This document shows, one piece after another, positions 50,001 through 63,111 of a stretch of DNA of 64,000 bases. The first letter of the stretch is position 1; every line of letters starts with the position of its first letter. Source of the stretch: Vicugna vicugna (taxonomy: Eukaryota). The stretch covers positions 6,352,522 through 6,416,521 of the forward strand of contig MU058781.1 in the NCBI GenBank assembly GCA_013265495.1, written 5' to 3'. Under the pieces are notes generated by a model. It did not search any database and had not been told where the DNA came from. It was given only the letters and a program-made list of their open reading frames with translations. A program made the translations under genes and the position numbers.

Positions 50001-53000
50001 GGAAAATTCAAATAAGGAAAAAAAATGACAAAACGGATGAGTTATAGTCCCCATTATAAAAAGACTCAGAAGAAAATACTCATGAACTAATACGAAATAA
50101 GGAATTAAGATTAACCTCAGGTAGAATTTCCTAAAACATTAAAAAAAGAGAGTTATGAAATTCTATATTCCTCTCCCTTTTTCATTCCTCCTGCCCTCAA
50201 ACTCTGGTCAAGTGTTTGTGTTTCTCCTCTGTAAGCCGTAGGTTATGGGGAACTTCAGCTCCAAGTTGGCTTCTACTTGAATGGGATGACTAGACAATCT
50301 GAAGGCCAAGTTCGAGGTGCATCCTCTAACCCAGTCTCTCGAGTCTCCAGCTGTGCATCTGGCTTCTCTTTGCTCATCTTCTGATTCTTATACTGTCTTC
50401 TGTCCAGCCATCTGGCCTTACCCCCTTCCTCTGCTGGCTTCCTGCTCCACACTCATCTGTCCGTCCACCTGGCCCTGACTCATTCCTCGCCCTGACCTTG
50501 CTTCGACATTTGCTTTGACTGCCCTATCCATTTCCTCAGCCTAATTCTTAATTCCTGGCTCCCACCTCCTCATCCAAACTTGGCTAAATCCACTTTGGAA
50601 AACCAAGGCGAATGGAACTGCCTGGGAAGAATTTGGAGAATCTGCAGCTCTGTCCTTCCTTTATTCTTGAGAGCCAGGATAGCAGCTGAGGGCACATGTG
50701 GGGAGAAGTGTGTGTGTGTATGTGTGTGTGTGTGTTCTGTGAGACACAGCCGTCTTGGACTCGGTCATTTTCTCTGGGAATGCTAGCATGTATATTTTTG
50801 ATATCGTGGTGTATTCTTTCTTTTATTTGTTCTTCCGTGTCTCCTAGAAACTGTTCTAAAATTTAAAACCCAGAGGCATCTTTCCAGCTTCCTTGCATGA
50901 GCTGTGTTTTGACCTCTTAAGAGGTTGTGGCAGGACTTCAGCTCATGGTGACTTTACATGAAGTGACATCTGATTCACTTTTAGACTGCATTCCACACCA
51001 ATCTGCCCGGCCCTGCAGTTTATGGGCTAACTCCTGTTGTCTTTCAACGTACGGAGCCCTATTAGATAGTGGGAGTTTGAGTCTTGTCAAGGAGGCTGAT
51101 TAAGCCACAGTCAGGGACAGCAGTCCGATGTGTGAAATGGGCCAGACCTTTCTGAACAGCTCTGGGAGCTGCTGGTGCTTTTCTTTTGGGGGATAGGGTG
51201 CTTGCTAACAAAGCAAACACATTTTTTTCTATCATGGGCTAGGCCTATGGTGGTAACATTTGGCACGTTGAGTAACACAGAACATAGATAACTGTGAACA
51301 GATGGGCAACTATTAAAAGGTTTGAGGGGCTTTTATCATTTCTCAAATGGCCTTCACCCACCTACAGGATACCCAGTTCACTTGTAAGATTACGTAAAGG
51401 ATTCAGTTAAATTTCGTCTTTTTTTTTTAAATTGCGATGGAAGCAAAAGCTCTGACGTTAAGAGGAAAAGAATAGATGAGAAACTTCTAATTTTGAATCC
51501 TCTTGGGATTAGATGCTGATTTCAGCTGCGCAGAGAACACTGCCCCATATTTTGAAAGGGTAGCTGCTGGCAGTTTCAGAGGAGATGACTTTCCAAAACA
51601 GACAGTGAACTCCCCCATCCGTATCTGATGACCATCTGACATTTGGACAGAGAATTACAAAGCCATCCATGTGTTTTGATACGTATAACCTTGCTTTTAA
51701 AAATGGCAGTGGCAAGTCATTATGCCTAAGCTCAAAACTCACGAAATACAAAATACAGAAAATAAATGCATTACCTGGTTCCCAGCAGCCACAGGAAATC
51801 TTTACACACCTTAGAGAAATAAAATTTCCCCACGCTCCGGGGCAGTGTGGTGTGTGATGCAGGAACATACTAGTCCTCTTTGGCTCAGAATGATGCTTGG
51901 AAAGTTCAAAAGAGTGAGGAGGACTACGGGCACTGATTGAGATGAGGCATGTTTCCCTCTCTCTGGGGCAGCAGCCTGATTTTGCCCAAAGCAGTCAGGT
52001 TGGTGTGGTCAGAATTATGGTACCCATACGCTGGTTCTCATGCACCTGGTCAAATTAGATTGGGTTCCATTCATCATATGTAGCCTTAATAACATTACAT
52101 TCCAGGACCAGTAATTTTAAAGTATTTGCCCTGCGGACACTAAGTGTAGCTGTCTAAGGTCTGTTTGGAAGCAGGAAGAATAGATACTGAGCCCCACTTT
52201 TATTCTTAATCCCTTAGTCAGCTTCAGAACCAATTTGCCCCAGCCAAGAGGGTTGGGTGACTGAAGATCCTTTTCTCCAAAACCCACCCCACCTAAAACT
52301 AAATTTTCTTTAAAAATAACCAGCAGCAAAGGGAAATAACCATTTTTATTATTTTAAATTAAAACCTCCACCATTTAGAATAATTGTAATTTAAAATAAT
52401 TTGTCAACAAAGACACAAACAAATTATAATAAGTAGAAGACAGTTCACTCTTAGAGGTGATGGTCTGAGTGATGTAGCGTGATGTTCTCATACTTCTGTG
52501 CTGGGCTCTTTGGTTTAAGGTAACTGAGTAAACCAGGATTATCAGTGGTTTTAGGGTTCCCTGGAGAATTAGACTTTAACAGCAAGAATTATGGGAAGTA
52601 GTTGAAATATACTATTACCAATTAGGAGAAGAGTTGTCAGTATTATGAGATGTATATTCGTGGGCTTTTAAGTAAGTACTGGACCTAAATTACATTGTAG
52701 AACAAAGAAGCATCCGAGGAGACACTTGATGATGGGGTAAAGAGTGTGAATATCTGCGCATTGCATACAAGGCTTGTAAACATCATTGAATTGAATAGAA
52801 AATAAGCTCAATAGAATTTGGGTTTTTTTCCTGCCTCGAGTTTTATGTCTTGTTGAATTTCACCTACTTTCCTGACATGTAGTACTCTCCAGGTAATGAA
52901 AGCCATTCCGAGCCATTATTGTTTTCCTTTTGCTGCCGTTCAGTTTAATGGTGTCAGCTTGCTAATCCTCCCTGACTCTCACATGGCCTCCATTTGTGCC

Positions 53001-53013
53001 GTGTTTTTCCAGA

Positions 53014-53134
53014 ATGGCAGAGATGCAGGGGCTCGTGGAAAGACTGGAGCGGGCAGTCGGCCGACTGGAGTTGCTGTCTGCAGGGTCCCACCGGCCTCCT
53101 GGGGACTGTGGGGAAGTTAATGGTGTCAACGGAG
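53014..53134 (+). CDS. CAP2: CAP2 first coding exon (exon 2; exon starts at 53013): MAEMQGLVERLERAVGRLELLSAGSHRPPGDCGEVNGVNG
   Basis: Acceptor gtttttccag|A ATG G and donor GGAG|gtaggg. 121 coding nt (phase 1). Peptide matches the CAP2 N-terminus as I recall it (human MANMQGLVERLERAVSRLESLSAESHRPPGNCGEVNG), including the CAP-family RLE repeats. Confidence 0.96.
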
Positions 53135-53802
53135 GTAGGGCTGCAAACTATCGTCATCACTGGTCTATGTGGGTCACTTAATTTTGTCCCCATCATTGAG
53201 TTCTCAAGACTGACTTCTGTCGACTTTCTTCACCTCCCCTCCTCCTTTCTTTGTATGTGACCGTGACATTAACCAGATGCAAGCGAGCCCTGAAAAAGAG
53301 AAAAGGAAAAAAGTTTCAACCTACAATCCACAAAAACTACCTGTATCTGTGCCTGTTAAGGGCATAATCCATGAGTCAAATGTTATTGTTCTTTCATTTT
53401 AGTGTTTATACTGCTCTTTCACACTCAGTGACTTTATATATTATCTCAGTGATTATCAAAAAGAAACGAATGTTCTTGATTAGAACGTAAATTGGAATTA
53501 TTCTGTACATTTTAATTTTAAAGAGAATGAGTCATTAAATTTAAGAACTGCAGTTTTAAAGGAAGAGAGACCGATGTGAAGCCAAATACTACTTCCGTGT
53601 AACATGATGAGATCACGTTGTTTTGCTTTTGCCTATTCCTAACCAAATATATTTTTAAATGATATGCTAATACCACCCTTTTCCAAAAAAATTTTTTTTA
53701 ATTACAGGATCAAACCTATAAAAAGTTAACTGCTTCTTTAAAAGGATACCATGCATGGCAAACTCTCTAAGTTATCTACAGTAATTTTTCCAGCTTCTTG
53801 TC

Positions 53803-54013
53803 TAAGGTTGCAGATTTAGCAAATGTGAAAATACAGGACACCCAGTTAAATTAGAATTTGAGATAAACTGCATTTTTTTTTTTTTTGGTAGAAGTGTGTT
53901 CCGAATACTGCATGGGATATACTGCATGCTACACACTTATTCTAAAATTTTATTCATTATTTATTTGAAATTCAAATTTAACTGGACGATCTGCATTTAA
54001 TCTGGCAACTCTA
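53803..54013. mobile_element. MER53-like palindromic hAT MITE
   Basis: AGGTTGCAGATTTAGCAAA...CCAGTTAAATT(A)GAATTT / AAATTCAAATTTAACTGG...ATCTGGCAACTCTA; 8-bp TSD TTCTTGTC (53795-53802, 54014-54021). Confidence 0.85.
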
Positions 54014-55985
54014 TTCTTGTCTCATACGCATTTCCTCCTTATCTGACCCATTTTGAATTTTGTGAGGCTTTTGGGGATTGAGAAAAGCCTTAGGGAAGAG
54101 GGGGCTTCAAAAAAAGCTTTCACCGGGCAGGATCCACATTGGTGCTTCTAGAGTTTCAGGCGTATTTGGAGCTGTGCCTTGTATTACATGCCCTGGGACA
54201 AAAATTACTGTGTGAGCTCAAATGCACAGGCTGGTTTTTTCCTTCCCCCCAGAACATAATGAAAATTAAAATGCTTTGAATGAATTGGAAGGGGGTGTTG
54301 TTTAAAGGAAGGCTGCCAGGGGCCTGTAAGTTTTTTCCACATCAACTGAGACACATCTATGATTTCATTTTAAGCCTCTTTTTGTTAACTATACAGCTGG
54401 CATATGAGATTCAATAAATCTTATTTGTAAGAAAATATTTTCCTGTTCTCTTCAGTAACTTTGTTTCCTTATGCCTTTGGCATCAGATGATCAAGAGACA
54501 TTTCTCTGAGACTGCTGACCACAAATATAAAGCCTATGAATACATAAAATAAAGTTAAAATCCAACTCCCAGGAGATTGTGTAGTGATGTTGAGTAAAGG
54601 AAAAAAAACCCCAAAATTCAAGTAATTTGAGGCTCACTTACTCAAAGAGGTACTAGACTACACTTTGTATTTTCTTCATGAAAAAAGAATGTCCTGGGAA
54701 AATTAATAAGCTAAGCAAAATTGGGAGGCATGTAATTAAATTACTTGAGTATTTAAACACATATTTTCTATTATAGCAAATTATTCCAAACCAGTTATTA
54801 AAGTAAGGATTCTTAAAACAACCTAGCCAGCAATTTATTATCCTATTTGAAATGAAGAAGAAAATTAGTAAGTAGGTAATTAGTAAAACGTCTGAATGAT
54901 ATCCATCCTTAAAACATTTTACTTAATCCTGAGCAATATTGCTTTCGTTTCCTTTTAATTAGTCAGCTTTGGTAATTTTCTAAATTCTGTTTTTAACAAC
55001 TCAGTAAGGACAATCTCTCACCTTAAATGTAAACATCATCATTAGGACGATGTTATAACTAAAGTTACATTTTTTTTTTAATTTAAAAAGAAACTTTTAG
55101 AAGGAAGCCAGTCCATTACACACCCATAGTGTGCACAGATCAAAGAACTGCCGTATGAGACTGGTGTCATAATGTGTTTTACGATACGTTTTTCCCCCAC
55201 CCTGACAATCAGGTAGGTTTGGCTGAACAGTTGAAGAAATATTTTCATGCCTGCCAACTGACAAGTCCTGTGCTAGGTGCAGGGGATCTAAGATGAATTA
55301 TACACAGTCCTAATCCTCCAGAATCTTTGGTCTCAATGCATTACTATTCAGGGCCTCATATGCTTTGATTAAGAGATGCTCAAAGGATGCAGGCTGGGGA
55401 GAAAGACAAGTCATTAAAGGCTGCCCGGAGGAGGTGTGAGCAGAACTGAGTGATGAAAGGAAATTGGAAAATATTCCCTTTTATCATTGTACCTTCTGCT
55501 ATGTGGAGGCCTCCATCACATTTTTAAAACTTTCTCCAGCTTTAAACACTCAGCAGAGACTTCTCAGACCCACAGCAACAAACAGGTTTAGTTGTTTCCA
55601 AATGGACCAATAAGAAACCTTTGGGTTTGTACCCTTATGTTCTGGAAGTTGGTACACACTGTACTTTGAACTCGAGGATAACTCAGCTTCAATAGCTTGC
55701 TTGGAAGTTAGACTATAGGTGCAGAGAGCTGTAAACAACTGTTTCCATCACTATGTGGGCCTGTGGAAGTGGGCAACTGGGAATCAGGGAAAAGGAAGGA
55801 AGATCTACAGGTTTATGAGCATGGATGTTTCTGTCCAGTATAAGAAAGAGAACCCTAGATTTAGACTTTTGGCTTAAATTTTAATAGCCTGTGGTACTAA
55901 ATTTCTCAAATAATCTTTCTCAGTATTAGGGATATGCAGTCAAGGACTTAGACAAAATTTTTCTGTTAATTAAAGACAAGGAAAA

Positions 55986-56098
55986 CGAATATATGTATAT
56001 TCATGTGTGACTGAAGCATTGTGCTGTACACCAGAAATTGACAAGTTGTAAACTGACTATACTTCAACAAAAACAAACAGACAAAAAGAATAGGAAAA
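55986..56098 (+). mobile_element. Very short L1 3' end
   Basis: GAATATATGTATATTCATG...GCTGTACACCAGAAATTGAC...CTGACTATACTTCAA; TSD AAAGACAAGGAAAA (55972-55985) / AAAGGCAAGGAAAA (56099-56112). Confidence 0.85.
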
Positions 56099-56133
56099 AA
56101 AGGCAAGGAAAAGAAATGCAGAACACACCAGGT

Positions 56134-56279
56134 TGAGGGGGAGGGTATAGCTCAAAGTGGTAGAGTGCATGTTTAGCATGCATGTGCTCCCGGGTTCAAT
56201 CCCCAGTACCTCCTCTTAAAAAAAAGTAAATAAATAAGTAAACCTAATTACCTCCTTCCCCCAGACTAACAAAAAAAAT
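56134..56279 (+). mobile_element. tRNA-Ala-derived SINE (vic-1-like)
   Basis: GGGGGAGGGTATAGCTCAAAGTGGTAGAGTGCATGTTTAGCATGC...GGGTTCAATCCCCAGTACCTCC plus AAACCTAATTACCTCC tail; TSD GAACACACCAGGT (56121-56133, 56280-56292). Confidence 0.9.
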
Positions 56280-56961
56280 GAACACACCAGGTCGGGCCAT
56301 TATCACTTCAGCTTTTATGGTAATTTGGCAGATCAAAATTCAGTGTGCATCAGTTACCCCAGCAATCATTTTTAAGTCCACCATCACTGCCATTTCTCCC
56401 ACTGGGAAGTTAGGAAGGAACAAAATGTGTGCAATCAACTTCTTTTCCTACTTGTCCCAGAGTTCATTCTGACCTTTTAATTGTCCTGAATAATTTTGAT
56501 AACTATTTGCAAGGTAGTTATAGCACCTGGACAGGTCAGTGTAGAAGAAAGGACACTGGCTTTAGAGTCCTAAGGCACGGTTCAGTTTTTGGCTCTGCCT
56601 CTTATTTGGTATAATGCTTTTAACAAGTCACGTGGTCTCTTTACATCTCCGTGTCCTCATCAGTCAGAGTGTGACAGTGCTACTTACCTCAGGGGTCTGC
56701 GGGAGAACTAAAAGAAATTGTGTAGGTGAAAGTGTTTACTCAGGAGGTTGAAAAATAAGAACACACTGTTTTCTTGAGCTGTTGAGAAGTATTTAGTAAG
56801 TACTGACTGAGTGAATGAGTGACTTAGCAAATAGAAGAAAGACATGATTCACATTGAGCTTCCATAAACTGCTGTATATTGAAACTGCCGTATATTGGCA
56901 GAGCAGTACCAGCTTTTCCCTGAACTACTGGGGAATAACAAAATACGCTCTTCTTCCAAAG

Positions 56962-57062
56962 GTGTGGCACCCTCGGTGGAAGCCTTTGATAAGCTGATGA
57001 ACAGCATGGTGGCTGAGTTCTTAAAGAAGAGTAGGATCCTGGCTGGTGATGTGGAGACTCAC
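56962..57062 (+). CDS. CAP2: CAP2 exon 3: (G)VAPSVEAFDKLMNSMVAEFLKKSRILAGDVETH
   Basis: Acceptor ctcttcttccaaag|GT and donor CAC|gtgagt. 101 nt; 121+101=222 nt = 74 codons in frame with exon 2. Matches the start of the CAP2 helical folded domain (human GVAPSVEAFDKLMDSMVAEFLKNSRILAGDVETH). Confidence 0.96.
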
Positions 57063-57092
57063 GTGAGTACTTCCTTCCCCTATTCTCTGTAG

Positions 57093-57815
57093 AAAGGATG
57101 ACTGCTGTTAAAAACTTAAAAGATAACAAAAAATAACAAGGGTTGGCGAGGGAATGGAGAGATTGGGGCCCTTGTGCTCTGCTGAGGGGAATGTAAAATG
57201 GTGCAGCCAGCGTGGAAAAGAATATGGCGGCTCCTCGAAAAATTAAAAATATAGTTATCATACAGTCCAGCAGCTCTGCTTCTGGACATACACCCAGAAG
57301 AATTGATAACAAGATCTCAAAGAGGTATTTGTACACCTATGTTCGTAGCCATGGGCGTTACTCACAGCAGCCCAAAGCGGAAGCATCCTGAGTGTCTGTT
57401 GACGGATGGATGGATAAACAAAATGTGGCCTTTACGTACAAGGGAGTATTGTTCAGCCATAAAAAAGGGAAATTCTGACACATGCCAAAACATGGATGAA
57501 ACTTGAGGACATTATGCCAAGTGAAATAAGCCAGTCACCAAAAGATAAACACTGTGTGATTTCATTTATATGAGGTATCTAGAGTAGTCGGACTCAGGGA
57601 AACAAAAAGTGGAATGGTGGTTGCCAGGGGTTGGGCAAGGGAGAAACTTGTTTAATCGGTATAGAGTTCTAGTTTTGCAATGCAAACTAAACTCTAGAAA
57701 AAATTCTGGAGATCTGATGTGCAACAGTGTGAATAAACTTAACATTTAAACTGTACACTTAAAAATGGTTAGTATGGTACATTTTGTGTAGTGTATTTTA
57801 CCACAATTTTTTTTT
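57093..57815 (+). mobile_element. L1MA/MB-type 3' region just downstream of CAP2 exon 3
   Basis: GGGAATGTAAAATGGTGCAGCC, CATGGATGAAACTTGAGGACATTATGCCAAGTGAAATAAGCCAGTCAC; ends CTGTACACTTAAAAATGGTT...TTTTACCACAAT. Confidence 0.85.
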
Positions 57816-58884
57816 AAGTGCAGCCAGAAGAAAAGCAAAGTTGTAGAATTTCTGTCGTAGGTACTCTCTGGATTGGTAGAGACTTTTAATGATCTTTAGG
57901 CCAGCCTCTCAGTTTAGGCACTTTTTATACATTTTTAAATGTTTAGCATCCTCCCAAGAGGTTGGTCGTTATTTGCGTGCATTCAATGAAAATCTAATGT
58001 AAAAGCCAAACCAATTAAAAACCTGAGAGAAATTTATCACCAGGTTCTTCTTATTCATTTGCCTTTGTTTCTCACAGAGGGTTGAATTCCAGATCCATCT
58101 GCTTGTAGATTTCTTAGCAATGAGAGGGTCCCGGCAAAACCATTTTCAGTATAGATTCACAGAAAATCTGATTCTTGAATAGCATTGTGGTTTGAGGTTA
58201 AAAAAAAAAACCAACATAAAAAGGGATTCTCTTTTTGCTCCTTCTCTAATTAGACATTGTATACAACACCCAACACCAGTCTTCCAGGGGATCTGGTGAC
58301 TCATGTTATACCCGTGGTTCCAGGCTTGTAATTAAATAGGTGCTTATCTCATCACGTTTGCAACGTATTTGTTCACCTCATCGAAGAAAAATGAAGATTC
58401 TTCTCATGGTCTCCATTTTTTATTAAATATCCCTGTTGAAATACTCTAGCAAAAGAGGGGAAACTCTGCTATACATGAGTTCTAGAAAAGTGTGTGTAGT
58501 AAGACATACTCACTTCAGATGTATCACAGAGCCCTAGAATTGCTCTAGTCTGTTCTTGAGCTTAATGTTTTTGTTTGCAAGCAGCGTGGTCTGCAGTAAG
58601 GTAGTGGCTGAGCTTCTTAGACTGAGGCATGATAGTACCTGAAAACTGCCATATAAAAATGGCATATTACCCCCAACACACTAAAAGAGATTCTTGAGTG
58701 ATCGAAGACCATTTTAGTCTCTTGAACACTATTCCAATAATTATTGTATCTCTGTTGTTACCATTAATATTGACATTATGCCTCTGACATACACAGGACA
58801 TTATAATTCTTATTAGTAATATCTTACAAAATTCTATGTAGTGTTTTTTAACTGGGGAATAATGAAGCCTATAAATAAGTATTT

Positions 58885-58980
58885 TTTTAATTTTAATTTT
58901 TTAATTGAAGTTTAGTTGATTTACATTGTTAGTTTCAGGTGTCCAGCAAAGCGATTCAGTTCTATAAATAAGCATATTTT
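58885..58980 (-). mobile_element. Short L1 3' end
   Basis: TTTTAATTGAAGTTTAGTTGATTTACATTGTTAGTTTCAGGTGTCCAGCAAAGCGATTCAGTT. Confidence 0.75.
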
Positions 58981-61900
58981 TTAAAAAATGTGGGATTTGC
59001 ATACTGGATAAGTCTCTTCAAATTTCATAGTAAACAGTTCCTTTAAATTCTTTTAGAACAAAGTGAATTATAAATAAAGTGTAGCTTGACTTATATGAAG
59101 TTTTTTCTTCTCTCCACTCAGCCTAGAAACTGTGACTCAATGGAAGCGATATTTTCAATAATGAATATGTAATGCTTAAAGAAATTTATGTTTTGCACTA
59201 GTTGGTTGTTTAAAAATGAGAGAAGGAAGGTGGGTAAAGAAAAAAGGAAAGAAAGAGAAAAGAAGGGAAAGAGAGAAAAACACTTGTCATCTGAAAATGC
59301 AGACTCGGAAAAGTCAAAGAAAAAGTCAGACAAAGAAAAGTCCTGGCAGCCATCGTCCATCTGCCCATCACTTTAATACACTGAACAAGTAGTTTATTTT
59401 TTCTCTCTTATAGAACCTTGTGTCACTGACATTAAGCTTGCAGCTGCTGCCTCTCATATAAGCCAGAAGTGGGGGTTGAACTTTGTTCCAAGAACACACC
59501 TGTTGCCTAGGAAAAAAAGAAAAAGAAAAACAACTCACATACCTGATTGTACAGTATGGAAACTTGAGAATGACACAAATGTGCATCGTGTTAAATCCTG
59601 TCCCTCTGCTTAAAAGCTATTTCCCAGAAACTGATCATGAATAAGGGCCGCCGAGCTATGATTTAACGTCTGACTTGATGTGTTGACTGCTGGTTGGGCT
59701 TAATTTACTGAACACTCAATAGTCTATTGACGGAACAGACCGCAAAAAAGGGGAGCTAATAGCTACAATTAGGAAGCTCTGCTGAACCGAAGAACACAAC
59801 AGGTTTAGAAAAGATTAGATCTTGTAAAGCCTTCTTGTATGCAACGTAAACCCAAGGGCTTATTTAAATTACCCTTCAACTCAGGAACACTGACACAGCT
59901 TGCACCCTTTTGAAGAAAGAATAAACAAGGCATAATTTTATAATAGTTGCTTAGGGTAATATAGTCCTCAGTGTCAAAGGAAAGGGTCCCCTCGAAACTG
60001 GGCCTACAGGATTCTAAGCCCTTGGTCAGCCATCATTTATCCTTAAATAGACTAATGTGATTTTTTTTTTTTTGACGAAGCTGTCCTGTTGCTTTCATGG
60101 TGTATGGAACTAATCTCAGGTCTATGCTAAGTGATTTGGCAATCATGCAAAAACAACTGCAAATCATATAGCCCTTCCTAACTCAAGCTCTTTTTGGAAA
60201 TTTATAGACCTTGCATTTTAGGTGTTGGTAGAAGTCTGGAACACTTATTTCTTATCTTGGTTAAAATGGATTAAAAAGAAGTACTCTTTTATTAATTGTT
60301 CAGTAAAAATGAGAGAACCTTATGCTCTGAATAAACCAGCCTCCGAAGTCAGCACTGTTATGACTGGAGCTGGGTTGCTGCATCACCCAAGAACTGATGG
60401 TCAGGCTGTGAGGTTAGTGGGGAACAACCAGATCAGACTCTGCCCAGATCTAAAGACCAAGCTCTTCTTCTAGCTTCCTGGACTGGCTTAGGTATGACCA
60501 CCTCTGGTTTGCATACATAAAAAAGCAGTTCCATTTTAGCTTTGAAACTAAAATGATAAAATAAGTAATAATAGTAATAAAAATAAAACTCGCCTGACAA
60601 AGCTAGCAAGATGATGGTTATCCTCAGGAGATAGTGCCTGTAGGGGTAATCGGGAGACTGGGAATGTTCTAGGTCTTAATCTGGGCACTTGTTACACAGA
60701 TGTGTTCAGATTGTGAAAAAACCCTTGAAGGTACACTTGAGATCTGTGCAATTTTCTGTAATGATGTTATACCTCAAAGGTCTGAACAGTTAGTCAACCC
60801 TCTTTAACTTGCCTTTGAGACAAAAGGCTGTGAAAACACAATAAAAACCAGGAAGACCAAAAAAAAAGGGAAAACTGCAATTTGAACAAAAGGGCAGTAA
60901 ACTTCAACAAAGAAGTATGACACACTACACTTGGCAGGATTAAATCACACTGCACAGTATTGTGTTCTTAAGTCCCTGGGCCGTATAAAGGATGAAGCTT
61001 CACCTCATCCTTTGAAGACCATTACTGTAGCCCTACTTTTGATGGGTCATGATCACTCTTCTAGATGTTCCTAGAATGTGTTATTTATTTAAATCACCTA
61101 CAAAACGTTTTGTTCATTTTATGGCGTGCCGATGAGGTAACATGTCCGAGGGGTTGGAAAGTAAGAGTGAGCTCTTCTTGTTTGTATTTGGATTTTAGAG
61201 CTGGCTCTGCTTTTTCTAGCATGACCTTGAGCTAGTTAGTAATGAGCCTGGACGACTCATTTCCAAGGGCTCTCAGGCCCCTTTGAGTGACTCACCCGTT
61301 GTCTCAGCGTAAATGCATGAGGGAGTTGTTCAGCTTCCAAATGAAGAGCTTGAGATAGGGCAGCATCATCACCATTAAAAAGCATCTTGAGCTGCGCCAG
61401 GGAAAGTACCTCAATCATCTGAACTTGCAAAACAAGCAGAAGGAAACACCAGAAAAAAGATACTCAGGAGACTCAAGATAACATATCATCCTCCTTCACG
61501 ATGATATAGAAAAAAACTCAGGCTCCTTCATTTAAAAAGACCTTGAGGCCTCCATGAGTCTGTCTTGCTTGTCAGTTCTTTATCAATTCTTCCTTTTTGT
61601 GGACCTTACCTCCAGAATAAATAAATAATAAGCTTATCTCTGGAGTTAATAATGCAAAAATGTCTGCGTATTTTACTAATTGTATCCATATTCTTTTGAT
61701 TTTTAGAAACCTTTTTATGAGTAATTTGTTCTTACTTAAAAAGTGGCCATTTGCATTTCTGGTGCTTTCTGGTCTAGGTCTATATAAAAACTCTCCTGCC
61801 CCGACACCAAAGAAGTCAAACAGTGACCAGAAGCACAAGCCTGGAGTGGACTCAATGAAACAGCCCCTTCGACGCAGGCTCCCCTCACTCTCCTGCTCAC

Positions 61901-63111
61901 CTGCAGCCAAGCTGGTCCTCCCGTTAACTAGCTTCTTGCTAATAGTTCTAATCTGAACATTTATTCTTGTCATAACTAGACCTGAATACCTTGGCAGTCT
62001 CAAGCCCAAAGGATCTGTATGTCTTTCACATGCTCCAAATGGCAGAGACCTCCCCGAAATGACTTGCACAGAGAATTCTGCATCTAGATGTCATATAGGC
62101 TTCGTAGCAGGAATCTCCCTTCTTACAGTCTTAGCCAGTTACAATAGAATTATTAGAGGAGGAAATACCTTAGAATTCATCCATCCCAAGATACACCCCC
62201 TTTTCTTTGTCTTTCTGCCTGCCTTCCTTTCTTCCTCCCTCCCTCCTACCCACCTCCTCCTTCCATCCCTCTCCTTTCTTTTCTTCCTTTCTACCTGTCT
62301 TTCTCACTTTCTAGAGAGGTTAGGTGATGTAGGTGATGTGTTGAATACGACATCATGCTTCTGTGGCAGGACCAGGAATCTGGTCTCCAAAGTCTCCATC
62401 CGTTGTACTGGGAGATGCCTGGTTTTGACCCCCTTGGCTGCCGGGTCTCCCACTGCCTTTGTAGGCACCTGGATCACTAGTAAGAAGCGATGGCATTTGT
62501 CTGCCACCTCTTCCTGCCCACTGCACACTACAGCTCTTACCACCCCCCGCTGGTAAATTTCCACAATATGTGAGAAGGTCATAACAGTGGCTGGCTGAGG
62601 CCCGAGGGATGAGAAGACGGTGGAACATCACTGTAACTCATGTCTTTCATGTGTCTCCTCAGAGAAGGGCTGAATGAGGCAACAGGGAGAACTGTGACCT
62701 CCAGGACAGATGAGCTGTGTCCCTCAGGGGTCTTCACTTCTCCCCCATCACACTAGCGTGGTCTCCGCCTGGTCATCACTCACTGTGCTATTGACACAAA
62801 CTTTGCAGAATTCGGAAAGGTCCCAGATAGATCGTCTCTGTTATCATTTCTTCCCGAGAACATGGAGAATTTTTATTCTCAGCATTAAACACGTATTTTG
62901 CTATTCAACATATGCCTTGACTCACAGCCCATTCCTGCTAAGTAACTCGCCTTAGTTGGACATCCTTGCGACTGCTTTTTAACTTAAGGATGTTTGCTAT
63001 TAGAACATCTAATCCCTGTCTTTTTCCTTGAACATTCTAGTTTTCATAGCACATTTAGAGCCTTGGGGAGGCTCTAAATAAGGAGCTGGACTTGGAACCT
63101 AAGCATCTCTT

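Noticed and set aside
52996..53013. Upstream in-frame GTG extension of CAP2 exon 2 in the ORF track
   Set aside because: Lies in the polypyrimidine tract and acceptor of intron 1; the same applies to ORF 56895 upstream of exon 3.
56137..56213. Possible tRNA-Ala genes (also 38617-38691 and 63112-63188)
   Set aside because: Extra 5' G-rich leader, shared non-tRNA tail (AAACCTAAT...), TSDs on two copies and stem mismatches identify them as SINEs.
59188..59376. Lys/Glu-rich 62-aa ORF
   Set aside because: Product of a purine-rich low-complexity tract; no convincing splice sites or homology; not CAP2 sequence.
61572..62556. Two 165-aa ORFs in intron 3
   Set aside because: No recognisable domain, one spans a CT-rich simple repeat, and neither contains the expected next CAP2 exon (AEMVHSAFQAQR...), which I did not find in the window.
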